A program made the position numbers and the translations under genes. A DNA stretch of 49,335 nt, counting the filler, from Catajapyx aquilonaris (taxonomy: Eukaryota): NCBI GenBank assembly GCA_000934665.2. It is 2 parts of 2 records of this genome, joined end to end, with 100 filler letters (N's around TTAATTAATTAA, not from the genome) between each part and the next. Parts side by side here need not be neighbours in the genome. Positions count along the whole stretch, not along the records: positions 1 to 24,749 come from KZ539361.1; 1 more part is not named here. The stretch is one strand, 5' to 3'. Below are positions 1 to 12,738 of this stretch, piece by piece. The notes beneath the pieces are model-generated. The model saw only the letters and a program-made list of their open reading frames with translations. It was not told the DNA's origin and ran no database searches. The number at the start of each line of letters is the position of its first letter. The stretch's first letter is position 1.

Positions 1-657
1 TGGACCGTTCCTTCCTCCAAGTTCCAGATCAAGGGGTACAATTTTCCATAATGGGTGGGATAGGGGGCCCCACCTCCACAGTATTCCTTCCTCCATGCAC
101 TGGAGGGACATCCGCCATGTTCCGCCACCAGCGCCGTCTGGCCAGGACACAGGAGTTAACCTACCGTATTCGAGGAGTGTCATAGGCCTGGGCCCGCTCA
201 AGCAACCGGCTCAACCACCCAAGACTTGTTGAGCGCATTGGAGAGCGCTGAAAAGGGGGTGACACCACAGTGTATTTTGTCCTCGCGGGTCGTAAACTTA
301 ACCCATGGGGCACATGGGCAGTTGGCCCGGGGTCCATGCTAATATCATGTGTGTTGGGGTGTCAATAAATGAGTATACGCACAGTGTGTTTACCAGTGGA
401 ATATCACTGCATGTGTTGATTGGTTTTTGAGTTACACTAGCACAGCATATATGTTGAAGCACCTATTTTGTGGAAAGTAGCATACCAATTAATATACATG
501 TTAACACTCTTGATGTTAAATACATGGACCAATAATTGCAGTCGTATTTTCAATACTTATGTATTTCGCTAAACGATATCTTCAGCCCCGAAGTCTGGGA
601 AGAGCCTTCCCCTTGGTGGGGGGTAGAGTGGATGGCTTGGGTTGCTGAAAAAGGGGT

Positions 658-877
658 GGGCATTTCCATGATGCATATCATTCCGTCCGTTCGTAACACA
701 CGTTTTACCTACGTGCACAAGTGTATATTTTATTATAACAATGCCAGAATGCATGCACTGCATGCTTAATCCATTTCATGCAATGTGTGTGTATTGTTAC
801 AATAAAATACGCTAGTACATGTCGGCAAAACCTGCCTTACGAACGGACAGTATGTCTGTGTTTGCGTGGAAATGCCC
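658..877. mobile_element. Palindromic MITE-like element
   Basis: Ends GGGCATTTCCA (658) and TGGAAATGCCC (877); internal inverted match GTCCGTTCGTAA/TTACGAACGGAC; no coding capacity. Confidence 0.65.
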
Positions 878-1230
878 GGGTCAAAGACTGCACCAACCAA
901 CACCTTCTTCAGTCTCATTTTGACCGACTCGACCTCTCATACCTCCCATACAGGAGGCGAGATTCTGAACCTTGGCCGACTCCGACTCTCATACATTGGT
1001 GGGTGGACTCGCGATGCCTGATTGGCCCTCCCTGGCCATCCATGACGTCATCTGAGACGTCATGACCCAGCTACCGAAATCATATCGCGATACCACCACA
1101 CTTGGAGAGCGCCGGAGAGCGCCAGGCCAGCCCGGGAACCTCCCCCAAACCACCCCCTCAGGAGGGCTACGTCACCGCGCTCTGGTATCTCTCTGGTAGC
1201 ATGCGAGCGGGCTTCTACGAGTATAGAGGT

Positions 1231-1297
1231 CCAGGTTTGCATGAAAATGTTTATTCAGTCAGGATAAGCTGCATCGGAACATATGCAGGAGAAAAAG
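1231..1297 (+). pseudogene. Degenerate remnant of a terminal C2H2 zinc finger (earlier tandem unit)
   Basis: CAG GTT TGC ATG AAA ATG TTT ATT CAG TCA GGA TAA...GCAGGAGAAAA resembles the array fingers (GTTTGCAAGAGAAAGTTTAGTCAGTCAG...GGGGAGAAG) but has a stop. It is followed by sequence homologous to the 3' flank of the intact array (about 1322-1390 vs 12440-12520). Confidence 0.6.
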
Positions 1298-3861
1298 GAT
1301 CGCGTAAGAGCCCCTTGACACGGATGTTGCATTAGTCAACACCTTGTTAACTGCAATGGTTAGTTTTTTCTGAAGTTTTTTAGGGGGCAAGCTTGATGGA
1401 TGTGTGGTAGGTAAGTTATGGAATATGGAGATTGGCAAAGAGAATTATTGTATGAAAGGAGTGAAGGTGACTTGGGGGTGCAAGATTTGATATGTGCATT
1501 TCAGTGTCACACTAGGGGAGAGTCTTGGGCAATTCATGTTCTTTACTGTGATTGTATCTGGTATCATATTAAGTAAAGAATAAGTGCGTAGAAAGAGACA
1601 TATTTTTGAGGGTCATGTGGGAGAATGTAAGGTTGAAGTTGACGAGTCTTTGATCATCCAGGAATTTAAGGTGATGAGCCATGGGAAGATGAAAACCAAA
1701 ACCCCTGGGTAAGATGGCAGGGCCATTCTGTCCATTTGGCCACTTTCGGCTTGGTCAGCCTGGATTTACTGATTAGTGCAGTACAGCCTGCTTAAATGAG
1801 CCATATTGATGTGTTTTCTTCGCAGATTATAATGACTGACAGCACCTAAAACATTTCCATGATTACGGTAGGTCTAAATGTGTGAGGCGCTGCCAGGTGA
1901 AATCTTATATGTTCAGCGGATGTTCAGCGGACGCGAAATTTGGTCAGTGCAAAAGTTACCATGTTCCAAGATTCATTCTGCATTGCGATACATTTTTAAA
2001 TTCTTTTGGTAGATATGGCCCTGTCTACATTGCATGCATAAGAGTCAATTGGTTTGCTGTGTTAGGTCTGTTTATAGCGAGGCCAGAAAACTTGCGACTG
2101 GCTGGAAAAGTGACCAAAAACTTTGAACTTCCATTTTATTTTGGTGATAAACACTGGGATTTCGATTTTCCCTGTTATATGTCCATCCGAAAGTTTCCTC
2201 CTCTTAACAGTGCAGCAGGACTTTAGTTGAAAAAGGCTGTGTGCTTTAAATTCATTGTGAAATTCCAAGACAGATTGGCTGGTATGGAAAAATTCCAGAT
2301 GTTACACTTCTTCATATTATTGCAATTTTTACCCAATTTGTCATGTGTGTTATGGCCAATATCCGTAACACGTGTGAACGTTTTCACGTAGCTGAAGTGA
2401 ATAGGTCAGAAGAAATAAAATGGAATAAAAATGGCAAATGTTACAACATGGGCCTTTTGGCTTGTATCTTCGCAACAACACAAGAATATTCCCAATATGT
2501 ATATTTTATTCGCAACGTTATGTAGAATCCACAACACTACATCGATTGATTTTAGTAGCGTAAACGAGGCGACGCACAGAACCCGTTGTCAGTGACATGA
2601 TATTTGACCTTTTGAGAGTGAAGTAGGAGAAATATGAACAAAATATGCACTTGCACCTGCATTACATGCCTATCATAAAAAGGGGGGAAACGTATTGCTT
2701 ACGTCTATATACGAGCCAATAATTCCTAAAATTTCTGAAATTTTCCCCCCACCCGGTCATCAAGCGTCCTCCTCCACTCACGTCTCCTGCAAAGCCCCAA
2801 ATATCTTACCGTGTACAGCATATTAAAGCCTGTCTATGTTGGACACTCGTGGGTTTTAAACAAATGTCGAGCATAAGAGGCTGTCCGACATATTAGGGTG
2901 TCTCACTTCGTTTTTTGTTGAACCATTAGATCTTAGAGCGACGCTCCAAGGTCTACGGGTTGAACTGTAACACGCCCATTGTTGTTAGTTTCGGGCAATG
3001 CCATGCTCGAAAAGAAAACAAGGTGCATTCTGCTACGACAAGGACAGAGTCGTCCCATTCACAATTAATTTTTATATTCTATGCGTAGATAAATTTTCGT
3101 GGGATTTGCTCCATACACGACGTCAGTATCTGAAAGAGTGGGCAGGAAAATATTGAGTTTATAATATATTGTCAGACACACAGGCGGATTTGGTTTTTCT
3201 CTGCCACCAATCATCACGCTGAATGACCTGGCACCTCCCCTATTTTATGGCATATACCACACTAAACCATGAGTTTAGCACCTATAACTGCGGTCTACTT
3301 AGCACCCCCGTAGTCTGAGACACGATTTGTGGTCCTCTTTGAGAGGAATCGCATATAGAAGAGAGATTCTGCTACTCTGAAGGAGCAGTGTCAGTCACAA
3401 GAGCGACTGGAGAGTAGCGCTTGGTCCCGTCCCTTTGAGTAGATCGGTTGCGTCTCTTCCCCGTCAGATGTCCGCACCTGTCACGCCTGGTGGACGAATC
3501 TGTGGCGCCCCTCTCCTTCCCGGCGGAGGGAAGGGGAACTATCTTGGGGGTGGTCTGACGGGATGGAAGGAGGGAGTGAGGCTTGTTGGTTGTCCTTGTC
3601 TGTGGGGCGTCGGTTGAGTCAGGGTGGCCTGGAACTTGGAAGTTGGAACGATTGTTGCTTGGTCTGGTTGTGGGAAGGACGCATCATTGTCGGGCATTGT
3701 TGGAGGAGGAGGAGGGCGAGTAGAGGTTGGTGTTGGTGGGGCATGAAGAGAGGGGAGCAGAGAGAGGGGAATCAGACAGGTGGAGACTGGCCTCATTCAC
3801 TCTTCTTGTTCCAGACGAAGGTGTGTGCAGAGTTAGAGGAGAGATCCCCTTATCCGCAGCC

Positions 3862-6800
3862 ATGGAGATGCTGAAGTTGGGCAGGTTCCCCTGTCCCCAG
3901 TGCCCCAACAACGTCTTCAAGAGGAAGATTGATCTGAGGGCGCACAGCTTCACTCACTCCAAGTGGGACAGGGTCAAGGTGGAGCCAGAGGAGGAGGAGC
4001 CAGTGGTGGTCACAATCAGGTGCACCAAGGAAGAGGAGGAGAAGGTCAAGGAGTGTTGGAAAGGAAGGCTGGAGGTCAAAGTGGAGCCAGGGGAGGAGGA
4101 GGAGGAGGGCAACCACAGCCAGGAAAGCGACAAGGCTCAGCCAGACAGGGAGGAGGAGGAGGCAGGAGATGGAGGAAGCCAGAACCAGGTGAGACATGCA
4201 GATTGCACATGTTTGCACGGTGGCCCAATGCTCACCTGCTGCACTCATCGGACTTGGGCCGCAGTGACTTTTACCTGTCCATGAAAAACACTCCTTCGTT
4301 GATGCAATTTCGAGGACATTGTTGAGTGTAATCAGTTGTCCCATTGTCCGGGAGAGGGTGTGCAGAACCTCCAAAAAATTGTTTCTGGAGGGACTAGTAC
4401 AGGGTGGCTCATTCCAGCTGTGAGGTGGCGCATTCTGGCTGTCTCTTTCTCGGGTTTTGTGGTATCCCTGCGGGCTCACATTCACTTTTCTGCTTTACTA
4501 GCGGAGACGGGTGTTTAAATTCTTCGTGAAAATAACTGCGCTGATCTTTCCCGGAGGCATAGTCGAAGCGGTACACAAAAATATGCTGCAAAATCTTGCA
4601 GAAAGCAAGCACTTGGCACAAACGTTTCCTAGGCCAAGATGATCGGTTTGACCCGCAGCACCCTGACCTTGTGGGGTCAAATGGGGGCCATTTTTGAAAA
4701 AAAGGTCATATATTTTTTGTAAATTCCAAATTGCCTATTCATGGCAATGTTGGTGTCATTTCCGCATAACTCGAGGTCGACAAGTCCATTGGTAACATGC
4801 AGGAGGTCATAAGGTCACTAGTTTGTGAACTATGACCTCTGTTTTGAAATTACCCTACTGGGCTATGTCGAATGGTCTTTGTGACTAAAAGGTGGCATGT
4901 GAGGTATCGGTTAGATATAATTTGATGTCACTGAAACCGAAAATGACAATAAAAATTCGGAATCATGCATCCGTTGACCTGTGGGGCACCATATTGGGTT
5001 TCAACTTAAACCCTTTGGTGGGGATATGCACCCGTAAGCGAATAGTAGATGGGTTTGGTATCCTTGCAGCATAATTTGAGGTCGCTAAGACGATGGGTCA
5101 TATTCAGTAGGTCACTAGTTTGTGACCTATGGCCGCCATTTTGAAATTATAATACCTGAAAATGTCTAAAGGTATTTGCATATGTGTGGCTTGTGAGGCG
5201 TCGATTACATACATATAATTTGCTGTCACTGAAACCAAAAATGATACTAAATATCTCGAATCATGCTTTCTGAGACCAGACAAGCACCATATTGGATTTC
5301 AACTGAAGCTCTTAGGTGGGGATATGCACCCGTAGAGAATAGTAGGCTACACGTGCTTGGTGTCCTTACCACATTTTTTGCGATTGCTGCAGCCAGAAAT
5401 GATACTTACCGGTACTTTTTACATGATAAACTTAGATAAACTTAGATAGACTTAATATTCCATTTCTTTTCCTTGGTGAAATTGGTGTTCTGGTCGCCAC
5501 CGCTTAGAGCTAATTTTCTTCTACTCCTGAATATCTTGTACTGAAAAAATAATTGCTATTATATTAGAATCTGAGAAGTCAGACAAAAAGTTCATGACTC
5601 GACAAACTAGCCAGATCTCGCCCTTCTGTGTGGTGCTTTCTGCTTCTGTGCTTTCTGCAAGAAATTGCAGCATGTGACCGTTTTTCCTGTTGTACCGCTT
5701 CCACTAGTATGTTATGTTGGGCCACGATTACATGTAACACATAGCTAATGTACGGAATTGCACATGTTTTTCTTTGTACCCAGTTCTGAATGTATATAGC
5801 AAGGCAACCTGGGCAGTTACCTAGGGTGGCAAATTTAGTAATACAAAAAAGGAAACGAAAAATAAATAAATAAAGAATTTGAGAATTGTGAAGGAGAAAA
5901 TTGATCAAGCCCACCGGTGGAATACGGAAATGTAATCATTTATGCAATATGTGTATTGTGTAAAGAGTTACAGCCTCCGCAATCTGTGCATTTTTGTCAA
6001 AACATGCTTGATTTGGCCTCTGGTTGGTTTGGTAAGATTACACCATGTGAATTATGGATTGTGATGCCATTCTACTCATAATTATCACAAAAACTAATTC
6101 CCTACGGAATTGTAAAAAAAAGGAAAGTAAGATCCAAGTAACGGATAGAAATTATTGAAACAAGACTGGGCTGCGTAAGATCTTCAACCTTATGGATAAA
6201 TGTAACCCAGAGATCTTACTTCCGCATTTTGCACAATAATTAGATTTGTATCACGGTGATGATCAAAGCGTCTTTGTCCATCAGCCATTCTAATGCTAAT
6301 AAGCCAATATGTGGACCATTAAACATTCAAGCTACTCAGTAAATCGATGAACAAATTAATTAATTCAAGGATTATATTTATCATTTATTCTTATTAAATA
6401 TATTATATTATATATTATATTATATTACATATTATATTATATATTATTATATGTGAATTATTATAATGTGAAACATTTAACCTTCCAGCCACTTAGCTAA
6501 TCGATGAACCAATTAATATTTTTTTAAATCGTTTATTCTTATCATATTATTTTATTATTATTAAATTATATTATTATTATAAGCATTAAATAATCCCAAA
6601 TTGCATACCTATACCTTGATGAACAATGACGCTTTGATCATCACCATGATACAATTATCTAATTATTGTGTAAAATGCGGAAGTAAGATCTCTGGGTTAC
6701 ATTTATCCATAAGGTTGAAGATCTTACGCAGCCCAGTCTTGTTTCAGTAATTAATATCCGTTACTTGGATCTTACTTCCCTTTTTTTTACAATTCCGTAG

Positions 6801-9800
6801 GGAATTAGTTTTTGTGATAATTGCAGCTATTTTTTGACAAAGCAACCTGAACATGCAGTTATACTCATTTGATGGTATAGAGCAGAGGTTCCCAAACTTT
6901 TTGAGTCGCGGAGCACTTTTCAGCAAAGATATTCGTGACGGAGCACTAACGTCATCGACGGCGTAAGCATAAAAAAATTCTCAAGGGGGGGGGGGGGGNN
7001 NNNNNNNNTTGGGTTCAAGGTCACGCCAGCTACTGAGAGATTTGAATGGGTATATAGCTTATTGAAGAATTCCTTTTCTCCCCAACCTCTTCGTGGAGCA
7101 CTTGGAGAAGCTTTGTGGAGCACCAAGTGCTCCGCAGAGCACAGTTTGGGAAACTCTGGTATAGAGAGAGGAGCGGATACTTATACATCTTGGGCGGGGA
7201 GAAGATTTTCTTGGTCGGTTTTATTAAGGTTCGTACACTGTTGAGAGGAGAGTGGAGATATAGTTTATAGAGATGTTGAGGTGACAGGCAGGATTGTCAG
7301 GAAGTGTTGAGAGTCTCAACGACTTTTGTCATATAAGTTCTGGACCTAGAAAAGGCATGGTGGGAATTGTCATGGTACAGAGAGAGGAGCGGATCCTTAC
7401 CTCTAGGGCGTCGGAAAGATTTTTTTGGAAGGGGTTAAGGTTCGTACACAGTTGAGAGGAGAGATGATTTCTGATTAGTTTTATCTTGTGAAAGATGGCT
7501 GCTTAGTTGGTTGCTTGGTTAATTTCTTTCCGACCAAATTTCATTATCACAAGTCCCTTCTTCATGACATCTGTCTAAGTTCTCAAATGTATGAGGGGGT
7601 TAGAAGTGATTATTCGCTACCCGGCTGTACCCAGGACCCACCACGTGGAGGTGGTCGCATTGTTCGGGTCCTATACCCATGCCCACTCAATCACTTTCCC
7701 ATGTGGACACAAGTCTCCTCAAAATACTATACTCTAGTATTGCAGGGACAAGAAATAAGATCATGGCCTCTCTCATCATCCTGGTACATGATGGTGAGAG
7801 AAAGGGAAGAAAGTCTGTTATTGGGAGAGAGAATAACACTAAAGTCATATATCATACGGACGTCGCATGCCTATGTGGTAAGTGGTTGCCGTTCGAATCA
7901 GCGGGAGGAGAAAGGGGGCAACACCAAAAAAAGGCCGCTACACAAATTCGGCGGAAGGCTGAGCGGGCGGCATGAGTGCGTTTGGGGGCGTGGTTTGGGG
8001 CGCGGAACTGAGCGGTGGCAATCGCACAAGTCCATCCAGGTGGACTTGAGCGGTTCCCACCGCACCACTTTCCGCCCGCAGCGCCACCGCTTGAATTTGT
8101 GAATTGCCACCCCTCACATTCCGCGCCCCAATCGCACGTTTTCTGACCGCTCAGCCTTCCGCCGAATTTGTGTAGAGGCCTTTATACTGGTTGGGCTATG
8201 TATACCGGCAAGGACGAACCGCAGGGGTTTACGAAGCCTACGTGAATTATCAAATAATGCATTAACTTACCAAAATCAAGATAGTTTCAGTTTAGTTAGT
8301 TTCAGTGGTTGAAGGGTGCAAGAGGACTGATGACACGAAGATCGAATGGAATTCATACGAACATGATAGAGTTATCGTATCTAAGACAAATTCAATAATA
8401 TTTGATGGTTGGCCACAACACAGTCATAATCGAGTCACTCAACTGTTGACCTAAGGAGGATACCGTGGAAACTGAATGAAATATAATAACAAGTTGAATG
8501 AATGAAATGTTTATTTAATAATAATGGTAATGAAAATAAGGTAAAGCATATATTTATTTAAGCAGTTAGCGTACGTAATTCCGCATAAAGTGTAGAGATG
8601 ATATTTACACAAAATAATATTCTAAATAGTGTGTGACTATTGTTGCACATGGATTCCAGTTACACGCATCGCTGCTCATAATGAATTATTCACTTATTAT
8701 TTTATTTCGGGGTTCTATTACGTCCTTGGGTTTTTTGTGTAGGGGATCGGGCACTGCAGCACGTCGGGCCGGATACGTGTTCAAAATATGAAGGCTGTAC
8801 TTGCAACGGGGTTTGAGATATGCTTGACAGAAAAACGTCATCCCAACAACAAGGAAAATTTTCATTGTTGTTTTTGCACGAGGATCTTACTTATAGGGAC
8901 TATCGTCCCTACAATATGCATCCTGTTAGCATATTCATTGTTAAAAATTTTAATTTTATAACCTGTAAAGTCCATTTTCCATGTTCTCATTGTAGGTATT
9001 GGAACCATTCATCCTGATGTACCAGCTTCTCTACTGTGCCCATTGCGACAGTGCATTTGCCACAAAGAGGGACCTGGAAAGGCACATGCTGAAGAAGCAC
9101 ATCAATTCTGAGCTTCAGGTAATCCTATATCTCTTCTCTTCTCTATAATATTAAAATGCTTGTGGTCTATGACCGAGCCATCTGATTGGTCCGCCGCCGC
9201 GTATTGTTGCCGCCACCTCCCCATTGGTCCCCGTTCATTATTACATAAACGCATTGTTACCACGACGCCTCCAATTGGCCCCCGTTCCGAGCATGCGCAA
9301 TGGGTGGAAGAACGCCACAGTTGCTTGCTGGACGTCAACGAGGACACATCTCCTCTCCCGTGAAGACCCCTACTCCACCCTTCCAACTTCGTCCACCCAA
9401 CAGGGGAGGGGGAGAGGAGGGGGGAATGGAACGTGACGTAAACAAACCGAATCGAATGTTGCCCAAGATCGGGATGTTGTTTATCAGTGGTGCCAATAAC
9501 TCCATGGACGTTTATTAACAAAGTAAAATAATTTCGTTTTTTAAACGAGGTCCTTGATAACTGGTATGCCCAGTGGGAAGAGTTGGTAAGCAGGATTAGC
9601 CGCGATATTCGACACTGAACCCGGGGATTGGCCGAGAACGTCAAAAGAAAGTACTGGGAATAATTAAACCAGTTTTTGATCATCTAATATTATTTTTTAA
9701 TTGTAGTTATTTTTTAATTTATTAAAATAATCGCAGCCACCCTCGACCCCCACGGAGAAGGCTTCGCGATCCCCAGGTTGGGAACCACTGATCTAATACA

Positions 9801-12414
9801 GACACTGCCAAGTTCCATTGGCTGTTTATAATAAAGGGAAGTAATGAGGACAGTTTTGAGAAAAATGACTTTGAAGGTCATACTTGTGAAATTAATTCAG
9901 TGTTCTTTTCGGTCATTTATTGCAGAAGTATGCAGATTTCGCCACCTTGATTTTAACTGAATGAAGTGCCGGTACTATCCTTTGGGTGTATGTTCCTGGG
10001 CATAATTCAATTTAGACATTTTTGTGGGTTGACCCATTATTGCATACCACTGTCCAATTTTCCCTCCGCTTTCGATCACTTCTGTGTACGTTGACTGACA
10101 CCTAGTTCAACGTATGTACCAGACGTAACACACGGGTTTGCTGCTATAAATTTATAAATAAATAACATATTTTGATAATATACGTATGTAAGGCCAAAAA
10201 AAAATTGTTTGCCTGTGGCAACAGAATATTGTTGGTGATTACCATAGAATCAGGCCTATAAATGGTTTCAAATTTTGCACTTCCCGCAATTATCCACGCT
10301 CTTTTTTTCCCCATGCAAAGAACGGGTACCGCTGCTAGTGCAATATATCACTATAATAATTACTATGTAGAAACGAAGACAAAAAATCACCCTAAGGCCA
10401 GTTTTGCATCTGCTGTACACCCCCCTCACATGTTCTGCAGTTCCTGCCTTGCACTGAAGGGAAAGGAGCCCTCCGAACACGACAATTCTCAACCTGGAAC
10501 CTCCCATTAAATGTGCGCAATGTTTCAAATAGTCTGCATCAAAAACATCACTACTACTCACAGCCTTCATCAGATTATGAAATGATTTCAGGTCTTGTTG
10601 GACGGTCTTGATGTGGTTGTTGAGGTTGATGTCACATAGTAGTTACTATCTTGGAAATTTTCTGGAATATTGGAACCTACCTCATTTACTGATATTATAA
10701 TTTTGTCTCGTTTTACGCCGATTCACTTTGCGCCGCTATGTTGCTGGAACCTATTAATGGCGTAAAAGGGGTACTTCCTGCATCCTCTCCATATCTTCTG
10801 AGTAAGCGTAAGCGAAAATCTGGGTGTTTTCGGCCTACCTGACAGCGGAGGAATTACATTATTAAAGGGTTGCAAGTTGCACACTGAAATTTGACGTTAC
10901 GGGCGTTAACGTGGGTGAACTATTCGTTTCCCACTGCATTGCCACATGTTAAGTGCAGCCACAGGGTTGCATGAACAGTTTTTGGTGAAATATTATGGTA
11001 GAAAATTACTCTTTACCACTAATGAGTCATTTAATATTAGCACTTTCAACCAAGGCTGGAAAAAGTACAATTCATAAAAATTATCCAATATAAATGTATA
11101 ATCCTCCCTATTTCTTTGGCCACATTTAGTAGGAAAGAAAGACAAACTTGGCATTTTGATGTACAACTTACTCAGTTGGGGATATAATTAGTCCAAAACT
11201 GAGTTAACATTTTCATCGTGACAGCGACTGTCATTTTTGTTAGGGATAACTTACACTAAAATAATATAATTGTGCGCAACAGCAAATTATTCATGCAGGA
11301 GCTCTTTTAATAAAAATTAGCGAGGATGAAGGGAAATGGCGACCCATTGCACATGGACGTCCCCAGGAATGATTTGCCATGATTGTAAAACCATGTGTAT
11401 CTGCATTTATTTCAGGAAAAAAATGCCGAAGAGAACTTGCAGAATGGGGCCCAGCAAGACATGCACAGAGGGAGACTCTTGGGGGGGAAGGTTTGTCATA
11501 TTTGCAAGAAAAGGTTTAGTCTGGCAGGGTATTTGAATATCCACATGAGAACCCACACAGGGGAGAAGCCATTCATATGCCTGATTTGCAAGAGAACGTT
11601 TAGTCGGTCGGAGCATTTGAAGATACACATGAGGATGCATACAGGGGAGAAGCCATTCAGTTGCAAGGTTTGTGAGAGAAAGTTTAGTCGGTCAGGAGAT
11701 TTGAATGTCCACATGCGGGTTCACACAGGGGAGAAGCCATTCAGTTGCATAATTTGCAAGAGAAAGTTTAGTGAGTCAGGAACTTTGAATATCCACATGA
11801 GGACCCACACAGGGGAGAAGCCATTCAGTTGCGAAGTTTGTGAGAGAAAGTTTAGTCACTCAGGAAGTTTTACTCAACACATGCAGGTTCACACAGGGGA
11901 GAAGCCATTCAGTTGCATAATTTGCAAGAGAAAGTTTAGTCACTCAGTAAATTTGAAGATACACATGAGGATGCATACAGGGGAGAAGCCATTCAGTTGC
12001 AAGGTTTGTGAGAGAAAGTTTAGTCAGGCAGCAAATTTGAATTCACACATGAGGACCCACACAGGGGAGAAGCCTTTCAAGTGCAAGGTTTGCAAGAGAA
12101 AGTTTAGTCAGTCAGAACATTTGAATGTCCACATGCGGGTTCACACAGGGGAGAAGCCATTCAGTTGCAAGATTTGTGAGAGAAAGTTTAGTGAGTCTGG
12201 AACTTTGAATAGACATATGAGAACCCACGCAGGGGAGAAGCCATTCAGTTGCCAGGTGTGTGAGAGAAAGTTTAGAGAGTCAGGTCATTTGAATAACCAC
12301 ATGAGGACCCACACAGGGGAGAAGCCATACAGTTGCGTAATTTGCAAGAAAAAGTTTGCTCGCTCTGGACATTTGAAAGATCATGTTGTTAGATGGCACA
12401 AAGGAGAAAAGTGA
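3862..12414 (+). CDS. Multi-C2H2 zinc-finger protein; exons 3862-4188, 8996-9118, 11416-12414 (~482 aa; 2 isolated fingers, acidic VKVEP region, 11-finger array)
   Basis: ATG in GCAGCCATGG context. Exon 1 has CPQCPNNVFKRKIDLRAHSFTH and VKVEPEEEE; exon 2 has CAHCDSAFATKRDLERHMLKKH; exon 3 has 11 CxxC...HxxxH fingers with TGEKP linkers. All junctions are GT-AG, phase 0. Joining of the three exons is inferred. Confidence 0.75.
4790..5370. repeat. Diverged direct repeat pair (~300 bp period), probably inside a DNA-element relic
   Basis: AGGTCACTAGTTTGTGA, GTCACTGAAACC and GGTGGGGATATGCACCCGTA each occur twice, about 290-310 bp apart. Confidence 0.7.
6080..6822. mobile_element. Non-autonomous element with ~200-bp terminal inverted repeats and AT-rich core
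   Basis: 6080-6283 is the reverse complement of about 6617-6822. AATT occurs at both ends, and the paralogous site (about 20421-20437, CTCATAATTTGCA) is empty. Confidence 0.9.
6883..7158. mobile_element. hAT-type MITE
   Basis: TIRs CAGAGGTTCCCAAACT / AGTTTGGGAAACTCTG; exact 8-bp target duplication GTATAGAG (6875-6882, 7159-7166). Confidence 0.9.
7933..8180. mobile_element. MITE, PIF/Harbinger-like ends
   Basis: GGCCGCTACACAAATTCGGCGGAAGGCTGAGCGG and CCGCTCAGCCTTCCGCCGAATTTGTGTAGAGGCC form ~34-bp TIRs. The superfamily is inferred from the termini only. Confidence 0.8.
11416..12414 (+). CDS. Zinc-finger array exon (11 Kruppel-type fingers, 84-bp tandem repeat)
   Basis: ORF 11395-12414; TTTCAG acceptor at 11415; repeated CACACAGGGGAGAAGCCATTCAGTTGC unit. 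Confidence 0.97.
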   Translation, partial: EKNAEENLQNGAQQDMHRGRLLGGKVCHICKKRFSLAGYLNIHMRTHTGEKPFICLICKRTFSRSEHLKIHMRMHTGEKPFSCKVCERKFSRSGDLNVHMRVHTGEKPFSCIICKRKFSESGTLNIHMRTHTGEKPFSCEVCERKFSHSGSFTQHMQVHTGEKPFSCIICKRKFSHSVNLKIHMRMHTGEKPFSCKVCERKFSQAANLNSHMRTHTGEKPFKCKVCKRKFSQSEHLNVHMRVHTGEKPFSCKICERKFSESGTLNRHMRTHAGEKPFSCQVCERKFRESGHLNNHMRTHTGEKPYSCVICKKKFARSGHLKDHVVRWHKGEK

Positions 12415-12515
12415 TTTCTGGTCAAGGCTCCCTTCGCCCAGATGCTGCATTAGGAATGCTGTCTACACACACTTTGATTTAACTGCAATGGTTAGTTCTT
12501 CTGTAGTGCTCTGGG

Positions 12516-12738
12516 GCAAGGGGGTAGCCACTTCCGAGAGCCGGTGTGCACCCTCACTGGTGACCCGTGAAGAGCCGACGGAAAACTGCGTCATTTTGAC
12601 GTCATATCATTAACCCCGCGGGGTGTGACGTAGTTGGCTCTCCTCGGCATCGGTGAGCCCATAAGACCGTGGGTGAGCCTGCTGGTGAGCCGCAAGAGAG
12701 CTGGTGTACACTTTTTTGAGAAGTGACTACCCCCTTGC
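12516..12738. mobile_element. MITE in the 3' flank of the zinc-finger gene
   Basis: GCAAGGGGGTAGCCACTT / AAGTGACTACCCCCTTGC inverted ends, inner GGTGTGCACC/GGTGTACAC; absent from the homologous site near 1385-1395. Confidence 0.7.

Larger units (their letters stand above)
1322..9330 (+). repeat. Segmental duplication unit 1 (paralogous to about 12440-21300)
   Basis: Colinear homologous blocks: 1830-1915~13030-13100; 2025-2240~13190-13400; 2100-2440~15285-15860; 2880-4220~15880-17190; 6001-6083~20350-20432; 8917-9123~20436-20635; 9170-9330~21120-21295. Confidence 0.9.

Noticed and set aside
3850..4485. 211-aa minus-strand ORF and similar 16812-17318 ORF
   Set aside because: Antisense shadows of the purine-rich zinc-finger exon 1.
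7488..8102. 204-aa ORF
   Set aside because: No recognisable motif; runs through a MITE inside an intron.
11485..12400. CRISPR-like regular repeat, or PRDM9 itself
   Set aside because: The repeats are coding 84-bp zinc-finger units without unique spacers, and no PR/SET, KRAB or SSXRD exon is visible.
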